Shown here: in pieces, positions 19,033 to 29,271 of the stretch
Position numbering within the stretch: the stretch's first letter is position 1
How the letters are laid out: every line of letters begins with the position of its first letter
Position numbers and translations under genes: made by a program
Source: Candidatus Moraniibacteriota bacterium
GTDB taxonomy: Bacteria > Patescibacteriota > Minisyncoccia > Moranbacterales > UBA1568
Assembly (NCBI GenBank): GCA_028711705.1
Contig: JAQTRS010000002.1
Coordinates: forward strand, 73,617-137,616
DNA length: 64,000 nt
Direction: 5' to 3'
The notes under the pieces: generated by a model
What the model was told of the DNA's origin: nothing
The model's database searches: none
The model's input: the letters and a program-made list of their open reading frames with translations, nothing else

Positions 19033-22000
19033 CTAGGCTTCTATAGTATGTGCATCCGAGGTATCTTTGCGTTCCTGTTTGCCCCACCTTACAAAGCGAC
19101 CCTTGATGGCGGCGGCGACGGACTTAATGGCCACATAGTACATGAGTTGGCGATAGAAAAATCGCTGCAGCGGGAGCAGTACCAGCAATCGCATTTGTTC
19201 CTTGCGTTCGAGGATGAACGGCACAAGACTAGTCGTCATGTCGACCACCAAGAAAAGCAGATAGTATATAAGCATACCGTGCAGCTCCTGATACGCATCA
19301 TAGGCGATCGGATGCTGATACTTCTGCCAGGCCACCCATACGAGCGAGCAGATGATGGCTGCATCCATAAACGGCGAGACGAGGGTGAAAAAGATCTGGA
19401 AAATGAAGACATTGGGTATGGCGAAGAATCCGAGCGCACCGAAACGAGACCTGAATAGGACGTCTTTGTGTTTCCAGGCGGTCTGCATCGTCCCGTACAT
19501 CCAGCGGAAACGCTGCTTGATGAAACCCCTCACAGTATCCGGCGCCTCGGTAAATGCGATCGCTTCATCCTCATAGGCGATATGATGCCCGAGGCGCAGA
19601 ATACTGAATGTCAAATCGGCATCTTCAGCCAGAGTGTCATTGGAAAATCCACCCGCATCAAGCACGGCATCACGCCTCCATGCTCCCACCGATCCGGGCA
19701 CCACCGAAATGCAGTTCATCAACTCGAAGGCGCGGCGATCGAGGTTCTGGCTGGTAATATATTCAAGCGCCTGCCATTTGGTGAGTATGTTGACGCGGTT
19801 ACCCACCTTGGCATTGCCGGCGATGGCAGCGATTTTCTGATTCTGGAACCGTCTGATGAGCTTCTCGATCGTGTCCGGCTGGAAAATGGTATCAGCATCG
19901 AGCGTCACCAGTATCTCATCACGTTCATCCGTCAGGGCGATGCCGAAATTGAGCGCGCTCGACTTCCCGCCGTTCGTTTTCGTATACAGCTCTATGTGCG
20001 ATCGGTTCCTAAACGCCCGTTGCAGCAACCCGAACGTCTCATCGGTAGAGCCATCATCAACAACAATGATGCGTAGGTGTCTGTAAGTGGACGAAAAAAT
20101 GGACATCACCGTCCTGACAATCACCTTCTCCTCATTGAAGGCTGGTATGATAACCGCAACCCGAGGGTGGAATGCTTCAGTGTCGAGCGTACACAGTTGT
20201 TTCTTCACGAAAAAGTACTGGGCCACGGCCAAGATACCGATAAACACGATGCGCGTGATACCCAGGAAAATTCCGATAATGAACACGACGGAAAGCAGGT
20301 GCGTAAAACCGTACAGCGAAAGGAGAGCAACCTTGTTGATGTACGAAAGCCCTCTCTCCTGAGAACCGATGGGCGGCATCACATCGTCCTTGGAGAGTCC
20401 AAGAATATCCGACACGGTAACAAACTCATAGCCATCCGCTTGAAGCGTTTCGATAATCCTCGGCAGCGCCTCTACTGTCTGACTGCGATCCCCTCCGCTA
20501 TCATGCATCAACACGACATTTCCCACGCCGGCGCGCCGCTCATCGATCACCGTCTGCGCGATAGCATCGACACCGGGCCGTTTCCAATCAGTTGGGTCGA
20601 TATTGATTCCCACTGTGTAGTATCCCAGGTTGCTCGAAATCGCCAACGGCGACACCTGCTCGGGAGTGACTGGCTCGATATCCTCCGCATACGGCGGCCG
20701 AAACAGCAATGATTTTCGTCCCAATAAGCCCTCGAGCAATCGCTCGGTCGCATCGATCTCGACCCGGAACTGATCTTTGGAAATGGCACTCACATCAGGG
20801 TGCGTGTAGGTATGATTACCTATCTCATGACCCTCTGAAACGATACGCTTCAAAATATCCGGATGGGCGTTCGCATTGAGACCCATCACGAAAAACGTGG
20901 CTGGAACATTGTATCGCTTCAGAATATCCAGTACCTGCGGCGTATACTTTTCACTAGGTCCGTCATCGAACGTCAATACGACTTTCTTATCCTCCGTACC
21001 CCCGTAACGCGTGATGGTATAGGGCGAAGGGAATCTCGTGATCGATTCTTCGAATATGAAACCAGAGATGCTGTTATAGGAGATATCACGTGCGCCTTCC
21101 TGAGGGGCGCCTGTCACGCGAAGCACCTCCCCATCCCCTTTATATCCAACGTCATAGCTGTAGCGAAGTCTCTGAAGCGACGCAGCCGCCGAGGCATCAA
21201 GAGCATCCCGCTTGGACACGATATTCCACAAACTCGGATCTTCGGAACCAAGCCGCCATAAAACATAGCCCTGCGGTGATCCGAGCTTGCTTGCGGCCTG
21301 TATCTGATTGAACGACGCCACCGCATCCAAAAACCAGGCGTGATGCAATATATTGTCGCCGTCATAATATGAGTAGGTCGGGTTGAGCGACTGCGCATTC
21401 AAAACGATATCCGCTTTGGCGCCTTGGGCTATTCGGATGGCTTCGCCGAACGTCGTTTCGACACCAATGTCCGTATCCTCTTCCCAATCATAGCCATAGC
21501 CGCCGATCGACACGATATATTCTTCCGAAGGCAATTCCTTGAAGCGCTTCGCGAGCCCCCGCACATACCAACCCTGCGAAGACACAGGTCCGGCCTGCGA
21601 ACCATAGGTCGTGTGCTCATCATAAGCCATCAGGATCAACGCGTCCGTATATTTGCCGAGCTCCTTCGCATCGAATGACTCGTCGTCGAGCGGGATGCTT
21701 TGCGAAACCTGCAGGTTCGCCTCATGAAATTTCGCGTACAGCTCCTGCATAAACAGATTGAGGTTGGGCTGTTCTTTTTTCGGAACGTCCTCAAAATCTA
21801 TGCTGATACCGGAAAATCCGAGTATCGTCGTGAAATTGAAAAGATTCTGCACCAGCGTTTGGCGCGATTCCTCGGAACCGATCACCGACACCAGCATCTC
21901 CCTATCCCAGTCCTGCGTATCATTATTGAAATTGTTGATTAAGGGAACGATGGTCAGATCGGGCTTCGCGGAGCGGATGAATTGCAGTGTTTTTTTGGTC

Positions 22001-22440
22001 TGAGTGGGATCATCGAGCGTAATTTTGCCGCTACCGTCGGCCAGATGCAGCCACTCCGGCACCAAAACATCGATTGCTTCGATATTGGACCTAAGCGACG
22101 TCAAACTGTTCTCATCCCAATTGACATAAAACCCCATCATCTTGCTCGCAGTGCTGCGCGGGCCTGCAGCGATCGCCTTGCTGCTGGCCGTGAAGGCGTC
22201 GATATCGAAATAGACAGGCGGCTGATCCCCCAGGACTTCATGCATCACAACACTAGAAGCGCCACGAGTATTGGCCGCAGGAACCGAAACATTCAGAAAC
22301 GGCAATTCAGGACGAATCACAAGACTCACCCCGAATACTACAAACGCTGCCGCTATCAGCATAAGTCCAATCCAAACCAAGCGCCTGGAGCGTCGCCATC
22401 GATTCTGGTTGGAATCATAGAAAACCGGTAGAGTTATCAT
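19033..22440 (-). CDS. multidomain exopolysaccharide protein: N-terminal TM anchor + GH18-like domain + CE4 (NodB) polysaccharide deacetylase + GT2 processive glycosyltransferase with C-terminal TM helices
   Basis: The GH18-like region is GFSGISIDFEDV (compare DGIDIDWE). The NodB motifs are TFDDGPSEKYTPQVL...HEIGNHTYTHPD. The GT2 motifs are VIIPAFNEEKVI...IVVDDGS, DADT and KQRFRWMYG (the QxxRW of processive synthases). Hydrophobic segments lie at both ends. Confidence 0.7.
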   Translation of the reverse strand: MITLPVFYDSNQNRWRRSRRLVWIGLMLIAAAFVVFGVSLVIRPELPFLNVSVPAANTRGASSVVMHEVLGDQPPVYFDIDAFTASSKAIAAGPRSTASKMMGFYVNWDENSLTSLRSNIEAIDVLVPEWLHLADGSGKITLDDPTQTKKTLQFIRSAKPDLTIVPLINNFNNDTQDWDREMLVSVIGSEESRQTLVQNLFNFTTILGFSGISIDFEDVPKKEQPNLNLFMQELYAKFHEANLQVSQSIPLDDESFDAKELGKYTDALILMAYDEHTTYGSQAGPVSSQGWYVRGLAKRFKELPSEEYIVSIGGYGYDWEEDTDIGVETTFGEAIRIAQGAKADIVLNAQSLNPTYSYYDGDNILHHAWFLDAVASFNQIQAASKLGSPQGYVLWRLGSEDPSLWNIVSKRDALDASAAASLQRLRYSYDVGYKGDGEVLRVTGAPQEGARDISYNSISGFIFEESITRFPSPYTITRYGGTEDKKVVLTFDDGPSEKYTPQVLDILKRYNVPATFFVMGLNANAHPDILKRIVSEGHEIGNHTYTHPDVSAISKDQFRVEIDATERLLEGLLGRKSLLFRPPYAEDIEPVTPEQVSPLAISSNLGYYTVGINIDPTDWKRPGVDAIAQTVIDERRAGVGNVVLMHDSGGDRSQTVEALPRIIETLQADGYEFVTVSDILGLSKDDVMPPIGSQERGLSYINKVALLSLYGFTHLLSVVFIIGIFLGITRIVFIGILAVAQYFFVKKQLCTLDTEAFHPRVAVIIPAFNEEKVIVRTVMSIFSSTYRHLRIIVVDDGSTDETFGLLQRAFRNRSHIELYTKTNGGKSSALNFGIALTDERDEILVTLDADTIFQPDTIEKLIRRFQNQKIAAIAGNAKVGNRVNILTKWQALEYITSQNLDRRAFELMNCISVVPGSVGAWRRDAVLDAGGFSNDTLAEDADLTFSILRLGHHIAYEDEAIAFTEAPDTVRGFIKQRFRWMYGTMQTAWKHKDVLFRSRFGALGFFAIPNVFIFQIFFTLVSPFMDAAIICSLVWVAWQKYQHPIAYDAYQELHGMLIYYLLFLVVDMTTSLVPFILERKEQMRLLVLLPLQRFFYRQLMYYVAIKSVAAAIKGRFVRWGKQERKDTSDAHTIEA

Positions 22441-22509
22441 ATATACAGCTTATACTCTCCTCTTCGTAGCACGTCAACACTCCCCGCATCTCTCCAACCC
22501 GGAAACATC

Positions 22510-23469
22510 CTATTTCCAATTGATCTGCGAAGTCGTGACAATGGTCTTCCATGGCCCAGCAGGTACCTCGTCCGGGTTCACGAACTGCCAATCCACCGTG
22601 TCGATATCTGACAGTCCGAGCATATCCTTGACGGCCGGAGAAACATCCAATCCCGCATGATTATTGATCTTACTCTTCGGTGTTGCAGTCCCGAAAACAT
22701 AGTTGACGTCGTCTTCCTTGAACGGTCCGACATCCTGCCACTGCGCATAGGCCACCTTGCCGTTTTTGGTGATTTTTATCCACTGATTCTTGAGCATCGA
22801 TTCATTATCCTTCCATGCACGCTTCCCTGCCCAAGCGACCACCCGGCTCACCTCTTGCTTGCGATTGCCGTCCTCATCGAAATCATTGTATGGAAGCGCG
22901 AAATAGAACGGGTTCTCTTTCGGCGTGAATCCGGACGGCATATACCCGGACCTTTTGCCCGGCGCATCCACGCCCCCGAAGTGCCTCACCCATTCTTCGT
23001 CCCACGCGCTCGGCAAATTGGAGATGTTTTTGTTATCCTTCCCTGCTTCCTCGCCCGCCCAAAAAATGGTCGTCGTGATGTTCTTATGCACCGGATGATT
23101 CGATGCAGGCATTGAACTCGGAGTCAGCTTATTTGCCACCGATTCCGCAGCGGATACGACATCGCCTTGCAGACCCTGATCAACCGGCTTTGCTATTGGC
23201 TTATCATCGGACGTTTCCTTTGAAGCGATTTCTGTCGCATTCCCTGCTTGCGATTGCGCCACCTCCTGCTTTTCCGGTTCCTCCGCCACGACCGCCTCAA
23301 GAGGCGTCTGTGTTGTTTTTGGGACATCCGTCATTGCCTCGGCAAGACGCGGCTTATCCGAACTAAAAACATTGCTCGATTTTTTCGCGTACAAAAAACC
23401 GGTAATCAAAAAAACGGTAATCAATCCCGCAATGACGACCGACCGTTTCTTGAGGAACGTTTTTTTCAT
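22510..23469 (-). CDS. hypothetical secreted/membrane-anchored protein with a conserved C-terminal domain
   Basis: N-terminal signal-anchor (VVIAGLITVFLITGFLYA), a low-complexity acidic linker, and a ~190-aa C-terminal domain rich in W/G/D (FWAGEEAG, PFYFALPYNDFD, WQDVGPF). It lies 70 nt upstream of the synthase on the same strand. Confidence 0.4.
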   Translation of the reverse strand: MKKTFLKKRSVVIAGLITVFLITGFLYAKKSSNVFSSDKPRLAEAMTDVPKTTQTPLEAVVAEEPEKQEVAQSQAGNATEIASKETSDDKPIAKPVDQGLQGDVVSAAESVANKLTPSSMPASNHPVHKNITTTIFWAGEEAGKDNKNISNLPSAWDEEWVRHFGGVDAPGKRSGYMPSGFTPKENPFYFALPYNDFDEDGNRKQEVSRVVAWAGKRAWKDNESMLKNQWIKITKNGKVAYAQWQDVGPFKEDDVNYVFGTATPKSKINNHAGLDVSPAVKDMLGLSDIDTVDWQFVNPDEVPAGPWKTIVTTSQINWK

Positions 23470-23660
23470 AAAGTATTGTTATAAGTAATATCGCTCTCGA
23501 AAAGTCCGGCTTGGACCTCAAAATACGACGGTAATATCATAATGTACACCGCACAAATTGTGTACGTACATACGGAGCATGAAATCTCAGGTACGAAAAA
23601 ACTGAACTTCAGCAACAAAGAACATCCTTATGGATGTTCTTACTTTTTCAATACAGTCCC

Positions 23661-24851
23661 TTAACAAGCCTGGGCGCATTCAAATTTCGAATATCTCCGC
23701 ACATCAATACCGCCGTCTGACGTGAGAACCTCGGCAAGATCCTTCTCCATCAAAAAAAGATACTCGTGATGTTTTCCATCGCTATTGATCCACTCATTTG
23801 TCCGTCGCATATTCGCCATAACATTCTGCTTGTAGTCTATCTCGACGGCTTTCAGAAGTTTTCCGGATTCGCTGATAATCTCATTTAATTCCTGCTTCGT
23901 AGCCCTGCCGCCAGAACTGTACGACAGGAGGATATAACGGGATTTCGTTTGTTGCACCATTCTTCGAAGCGCCTGCATGGCGATGAAAGAGCCGTTTTCA
24001 TCTTTTCTGAATTCCTCGAACACCGAACAAGCCACGCGATCGCGACTATCTTCCCGCCGATTCACCTTTCCAAACACTGTCGGCTTGTCGTGATTTATGA
24101 TCGTTGTCCAGATATGATAATATGAGGCGTAACGGACCCTGCTCGGGGGCATTTTCTCATTGTTCGATCCATATGGCGGGTCGAAATATGCCAGATCATA
24201 TTCATCATCAGCCAATGTTTCGAAGATATCGCCACAAACGACCCGATGATGTCCTTGAGTGGTATCGAATCGCCTTGGAAGTTTGAGATACAAATCATTA
24301 TACGATCGCGAAGACCATTTCGACAAATAGGCGGCATAATGCCCCAGCGTGCTATCAACAGAGTCAAGTGCGTAAATCAAACTCGTCAGAATAACGCATT
24401 TATCCTCCCACTCCAGATTCAAAACTTCTATCTCATCCCTGATAGCATCCAGCCTTCGCGTGTTCTTTTCCTGAAACGGTCGTTTCACTTCATTCGAAAC
24501 GGCACCGTAATATTCCGTATACCAGCCGTCATGGCCCTTAAGACCGTTCAAGTGATCCAAAATCCTCTGATAAAACGCGTCCGGTTTCTTCGACTTAAGA
24601 TAGCAAGTCGAAAACACCTCGGACCATGCGGAAATATCGCTCGATGTCACATCATATCCGAGCTGCGCTAATGCCTGAGAAACTCTCGTGGTGCCACTAA
24701 AACCATCCAACACTTTCTTCACACCCTTCAATTCCGAAACGATACCGATGATGGAAGGTAGTATCTTTAACTTCGAACCGGCATATTTGATGCCTTCTGT
24801 TTTTGGCGTCACCATAATACTATTTCCGAATATATCCTGTTGGATACTCAT
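23661..24851 (-). CDS. D12-class (Dam-like) N6-adenine DNA methyltransferase
   Basis: The N-terminal IKYAGSKLKILPSI matches the Dam KWAGGK motif. The catalytic motif is LAYFDPPYGSNN (DPPY). Length is 396 aa with a C-terminal extension. Its start overlaps the end of the upstream ORF by 4 nt (ATGA). Confidence 0.75.
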   Translation of the reverse strand: MSIQQDIFGNSIMVTPKTEGIKYAGSKLKILPSIIGIVSELKGVKKVLDGFSGTTRVSQALAQLGYDVTSSDISAWSEVFSTCYLKSKKPDAFYQRILDHLNGLKGHDGWYTEYYGAVSNEVKRPFQEKNTRRLDAIRDEIEVLNLEWEDKCVILTSLIYALDSVDSTLGHYAAYLSKWSSRSYNDLYLKLPRRFDTTQGHHRVVCGDIFETLADDEYDLAYFDPPYGSNNEKMPPSRVRYASYYHIWTTIINHDKPTVFGKVNRREDSRDRVACSVFEEFRKDENGSFIAMQALRRMVQQTKSRYILLSYSSGGRATKQELNEIISESGKLLKAVEIDYKQNVMANMRRTNEWINSDGKHHEYLFLMEKDLAEVLTSDGGIDVRRYSKFECAQAC

Positions 24852-25717
24852 AATGTTTTAAGTCTATCAATATCCTTCTGAAGAATCTCGTTTGCCATAG
24901 CGTGTCCCTGCTCCGAACTGTTGAGTGCAAGGCTGAACAATTTTACAAGCGTGTGGTTGTGTGAATAATCGACCCATCCGTTCGTCAGGGAATCGAAATA
25001 TGAAACGGCATTCTTCGTATGCGTCCACAAACCGCGCTGAAGCGCATTTGCAGAGGCGCCACCGTAGCGGACTTCACAAATATATTTTCCATCTTTATCG
25101 ATGAATATAAAGATAGGATGGGATCGACCTTTTCCAGAAACAACCCTTCTTTTCTCCGAATCGAACCGCTGGCTCTTTCCAACATACACGATGCGATCGG
25201 TATTTCGTATCACCTTCACATGATCGAAAATCATAATATTGCATCGCTGCTTTTTCTCATCGTAAATGAGCGGCATCACATTGATCGCATTGAACTCGGA
25301 GAATTCTTTCGATGAAAATATCTCCCGAATTTTATCTTTATCGATGATATTTTTCCCCTGTTTCTCCAAAAACGGGAACATCTTTTGATCGCTATCCGTC
25401 GAAAGCTGAAGCGGTCCGTCGCCGTACGCTTTCAGACTCACAGGAAACTCCGTGTTGGTGATTTCATTTATGATAACGATATCTTCTTCATGCTCCTTCG
25501 CCCTGAACCTATCCTTCCCGACGTGGATACTCTTGAAATCGTACATGAACTGATTGATGAATTCAGCTATACCGATTTCAGCGAGATCGCCGTGCGTTTT
25601 ATTGCCTATCAAACGCATCGTGAAAATATTAGACAAGGTATTCACAACCAGATGTTGATTTTTACCGGCAAGCAATTTGAATCTGTTCTTGAAATCTTCG
25701 TATGCGGACATATTCAT
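24848..25717 (-). CDS. putative type II restriction endonuclease, partner of the D12 methyltransferase
   Basis: 289-aa ORF translationally coupled to the MTase by a 4-nt overlap. Composition is AT-richer than the surrounding genes. The size is compatible with DpnII/MboI-type GATC endonucleases, but I cannot confirm family membership by eye. Confidence 0.4.
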   Translation of the reverse strand: MNMSAYEDFKNRFKLLAGKNQHLVVNTLSNIFTMRLIGNKTHGDLAEIGIAEFINQFMYDFKSIHVGKDRFRAKEHEEDIVIINEITNTEFPVSLKAYGDGPLQLSTDSDQKMFPFLEKQGKNIIDKDKIREIFSSKEFSEFNAINVMPLIYDEKKQRCNIMIFDHVKVIRNTDRIVYVGKSQRFDSEKRRVVSGKGRSHPIFIFIDKDGKYICEVRYGGASANALQRGLWTHTKNAVSYFDSLTNGWVDYSHNHTLVKLFSLALNSSEQGHAMANEILQKDIDRLKTL

Positions 25718-25870
25718 ACTTTTTCTTGGTTTACTAAGCTTATTTTAACACTATTTCCAAGATAACAAAAACATCCCCGAAAGGATGCCTTTGTTTCTTT
25801 TTCCGGATTGTAGATCACTCGACCACGCTCGTGATGACATTAGGAAAGTAGGAATGACACGAACGAGAAA

Positions 25871-27961
25871 CTATTTCTTCCCTCCGCCGGCCACGATTTC
25901 GTTCGCGACGTTGGTCGGGACTTCGGCGTAGTGCGCGAACTCCATGGAGTAGTTAGCGCGGCCTTGCGTCATCGATCGCATCTGCGTGGCATAGCCGAAC
26001 ATAGAGGCGAGCGGCACTTCGGCTTCGATATCCTTCACGCGGGAAGCGCCTTCTCCGCGATCATTCATTTCCTTGATAATTCCTCGCTTCGCATTGAGAT
26101 CGCCCACGATATCGCCCATGAACTGTTCTGGAGTGATGACCGTTACGCGCATGATAGGCTCCAGAAGCACCGGCTTAGCACGCTTGGCAGCCTCTTTGAA
26201 TCCCATGGATCCAGCGATCTTGAAGGCGGCTTCGGAGGAGTCGACATCATGGAAGGATCCGTCATATACGGTCGCCTTGATATCCACCATCGGGAATCCG
26301 GCGAGCACACCATTGAGCATCGCTTCCTCGATACCCTTACCGATAGGCTTGATGTATTCCAAAGGAATCGCACCGCCCTTGATTTCGCTCACATACTCGA
26401 AGCCCTTGCCAGGCTCTTGCGGCTCCAAGCGAATCCAACAATGGCCATACTGTCCGCGTCCACCGGACTGACGGACGAACTTTCCTTCCGCCTCGGCCAT
26501 CATCTTGATCGTTTCACGGTAGGCCACCTGCGGACGACCCACATTGACTTCGACCTTGAACTCGCGTTTCATACGATCGACGATGATTTCGAGGTGAAGC
26601 TCACCCATTCCGGAAAGGATAGTCTGCGCGGTCTCCTCGTCGGTGTGCACACGGAAGGTCGGATCCTCTTCGGCGAGTTTCTTAAGCGCCATACCCATGC
26701 GCTCCTGGTCAGCCTTCGTCTTCGGCTCGATAGAGATATCGATAACCGGTTCCGGGAAGACGATGTTCTCGAGAATCACCGGCTTGTCGACGTCGCAGAG
26801 GGTGTCTCCGGTGGTGGTGTTTTTCATACCGACCAATGCGCCGATGCCGCCTGCCTGCAATTCATCGATTTCCTCGCGGTGATTGGCATGGATGCGCAGG
26901 ATGCGTCCGATGCGCTCCTTCTCACCCTTGCTTGAGTTCAAAACATAAGAACCGGCCTTGACAACCCCGGAGTATACGCGGAAGAAGGTAAGCTGCCCCA
27001 CGAAAGGATCGGTCGCGATCTTGAAAGCCAAAGCGGAAAACGGCTCCTCATCGTCGGCGTGACGCAAAATCTCCTCATTCGTCTTGACATCGACACCGTT
27101 GATAGAAGGGATGTCCTTCGGAGACGGGAGGTAATCCACGACACCGTCGAGCACGAGCTGCACGCCCTTGTTGCGAAGCGCGGTTCCAATAAAGACCGGG
27201 ATCAGGCGCACAGCGATTACGGCAGCGCGCAAGGCAGTTTTGAGTTCCTCGACGGAGATCTCTTCACCCGCCAAGTATTTCTCCATCAAAGCATCGTCGG
27301 TCTCGACGATCCGCTCGACCATCTTGTCACGCCATGCCTTGGCATTGTCCAAAAGCTCGGGAGCAATTTCGCCCTCGATCACGATTTCGCCCATCTTTCC
27401 ATCAAAGGTATAGGCCTTCATCTTCATCAGGTCGATTACACCGGAAAAGTCTCCACGCTCACCGATAGGATACTGCACTGCGACGGCGTTCGGGGTCAAA
27501 CGGTTCCAGATGGTCCCCAAAGCGGTCTCGAACACGGCGCCTTCCTTGTCGATCTTGTTGATGAAACAGATACGCGGCACATTGTATTTGTCTGCCTGGC
27601 GCCACACAGTCTCGGACTGCGGTTCGACGCCTTCTTTCGCATCGAACACCACGACACCTCCGTCGAGCACGCGCAAAGAACGCTCCACCTCCACGGTGAA
27701 GTCCACGTGACCCGGAGTATCGATGATGTTCACCTGATGACCCTTCCAGTAGCAGGTCGTCGCAGCGGAGGTGATGGTGATACCACGCTCCTGTTCCTGC
27801 TCCATCCAGTCCATAGTCGCCGCACCCTCGTGCACTTCTCCGATCTTGTGCGTGATGCCGGTATAGAACAAGACACGCTCGGTCGTGGTAGTTTTTCCAG
27901 CATCGATGTGGGCGATGATACCTATATTACGAAACTTCTCAATGGGGGTTTGACGGGCCAT
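25871..27961 (-). CDS. fusA: elongation factor G
   Basis: Carries [20 protein letters not shown] and DTPGHVDFT, with 696 aa overall. Confidence 0.95.
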   Translation of the reverse strand: MARQTPIEKFRNIGIIAHIDAGKTTTTERVLFYTGITHKIGEVHEGAATMDWMEQEQERGITITSAATTCYWKGHQVNIIDTPGHVDFTVEVERSLRVLDGGVVVFDAKEGVEPQSETVWRQADKYNVPRICFINKIDKEGAVFETALGTIWNRLTPNAVAVQYPIGERGDFSGVIDLMKMKAYTFDGKMGEIVIEGEIAPELLDNAKAWRDKMVERIVETDDALMEKYLAGEEISVEELKTALRAAVIAVRLIPVFIGTALRNKGVQLVLDGVVDYLPSPKDIPSINGVDVKTNEEILRHADDEEPFSALAFKIATDPFVGQLTFFRVYSGVVKAGSYVLNSSKGEKERIGRILRIHANHREEIDELQAGGIGALVGMKNTTTGDTLCDVDKPVILENIVFPEPVIDISIEPKTKADQERMGMALKKLAEEDPTFRVHTDEETAQTILSGMGELHLEIIVDRMKREFKVEVNVGRPQVAYRETIKMMAEAEGKFVRQSGGRGQYGHCWIRLEPQEPGKGFEYVSEIKGGAIPLEYIKPIGKGIEEAMLNGVLAGFPMVDIKATVYDGSFHDVDSSEAAFKIAGSMGFKEAAKRAKPVLLEPIMRVTVITPEQFMGDIVGDLNAKRGIIKEMNDRGEGASRVKDIEAEVPLASMFGYATQMRSMTQGRANYSMEFAHYAEVPTNVANEIVAGGGKK

Positions 27962-28085
27962 AAGATTTTTATTATTGAACCAAAATTATTATTTACTCCT
28001 GGAGATTCATGTATATAAGCAAAAGAGCAAAAGAGAACTGGACTCTCCTTTGCTCTCTGCATACAATGCAACTGTCCTATGATGC

Positions 28086-28553
28086 TTAAGCAAAGTGAGC
28101 GAAAGCCTTGTTGGCGTCTGCCATACGGTGCACATCATCACGCTTCTTCATCGCAGCTCCGGTCTTATTGGATGCATCAAGAAGTTCGTCAGCCAATCTT
28201 TCAGCCATACGCCTCCCTTTCTTCTTACGGCATACTTCGCGGATCCATCGCATCGCGAGTGTTTGGCGTCGCTCTCCGGAAACCGGCACCGGCACCTGAT
28301 AGTTGGCACCACCGACACGTCGGCTCTTGAGTTCGAGGAGCGGAGAAACATTCTTGATGGCCTGTTCGAAAATATTGAGGCCGCCTTTCTTGGTGCGCTC
28401 GTGAATCACATCGAAGGCATCGTAAATGATATTTTCAGCGATACTTTTCTTGCCATCCCACATGATCATTCCGATGAAATGACCAACGAGAGGATTGCCG
28501 AAGCGGGAATCCACTTTCCACTGCTTCTTGAATTGTCGTTTTCTTCTAGGCAT
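28086..28553 (-). CDS. rpsG: 30S ribosomal protein S7
   Basis: Begins MPRRKRQFKKQ...VGGANYQVPV. Confidence 0.9.
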   Translation of the reverse strand: MPRRKRQFKKQWKVDSRFGNPLVGHFIGMIMWDGKKSIAENIIYDAFDVIHERTKKGGLNIFEQAIKNVSPLLELKSRRVGGANYQVPVPVSGERRQTLAMRWIREVCRKKKGRRMAERLADELLDASNKTGAAMKKRDDVHRMADANKAFAHFA

Positions 28554-28604
28554 AGTAAAAATTCAAAATGTAAATCTTCTTAAAGTAACCAATCCTACCC
28601 GGAT

Positions 28605-29042
28605 TTACTCAGCCTTCTTCGGGCGCTTGGCACCGTATTTGCTGCGGCTGCGGCGACGATCGTTCACTCCGCTGGAGTCTAAGACGCCACGGACGATGTG
28701 GTAGCGAACACCCGGAAGGTCTTTCACGCGTCCTCCGCGAATCATCACGATGGAGTGCTCCTGCAGGTTGTGTCCGATGCCCGGGATATAGGCGGTCACT
28801 TCCAAACCGTTCGTCAGACGGACGCGAGCGATTTTACGCAACGCCGAGTTAGGCTTCTTCGGGGTGGTTGTCGAAACCTTAAGGCATACGCCACGCTTGA
28901 AAGGACCCTGGGAATTTACAGGCTTGTTCTTCAAGCTGTTCATAACATAGGTCATCGCGGGAGACTTCGTCTTTTTCTTCACTGATTGTCGGGAACGCTT
29001 TGTCAGCTGATTGATAGTAGGCACAGATATTGCATGCAACAT
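28605..29042 (-). CDS. rpsL: 30S ribosomal protein S12 (with ~13-aa internal insertion)
   Basis: Carries PTINQL..., [16 protein letters not shown] and [17 protein letters not shown]. The ORF is open to 29087 and the likely start is [13 protein letters not shown]. Confidence 0.9.
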   Translation of the reverse strand: MLHAISVPTINQLTKRSRQSVKKKTKSPAMTYVMNSLKNKPVNSQGPFKRGVCLKVSTTTPKKPNSALRKIARVRLTNGLEVTAYIPGIGHNLQEHSIVMIRGGRVKDLPGVRYHIVRGVLDSSGVNDRRRSRSKYGAKRPKKAE

Positions 29043-29226
29043 CTTGCGTTCTCCAAAAGATGGAAACCACCTACTAAGAGAACCCAAAAAATTGCTTGAT
29101 TACAGCAAATTAAATATATAAATGGAAATTGTAGGTTTTTTCCGCAACTCCTATCCGCCACAGACAGGCCAGAGGCAACCCCTGGGAGCTTCTACAAAAA
29201 AGAAGTGGCTAACACTTCACTTCCCT

Positions 29227-29255
29227 ATACTAAAGGAAGGCTCGGGAATTGTCAA
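29227..29255 (-). promoter_or_regulatory. sigma70-like promoter candidate for rpsL-rpsG-fusA
   Basis: On the minus strand, TTGACA (29255-29250), a 17-nt spacer, and TAGTAT (29232-29227), about 140 nt upstream of rpsL. Confidence 0.35.
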
Positions 29256-29271
29256 ATGAAATCCGGGCTCT

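Noticed and set aside
19468-22431. Multiple plus-strand ORFs (e.g. 19468..20076, 20077..20712, 21982..22431) inside the 1135-aa gene
   Set aside because: All are antisense fragments within one continuous minus-strand ORF whose domains (GT2, CE4, GH18-like) are collinear and motif-complete.
25931-28018. Long plus-strand ORFs (25931..26935, 27059..28018) antisense to fusA
   Set aside because: fusA on the minus strand is unambiguous. These are typical GC-rich antisense open frames.
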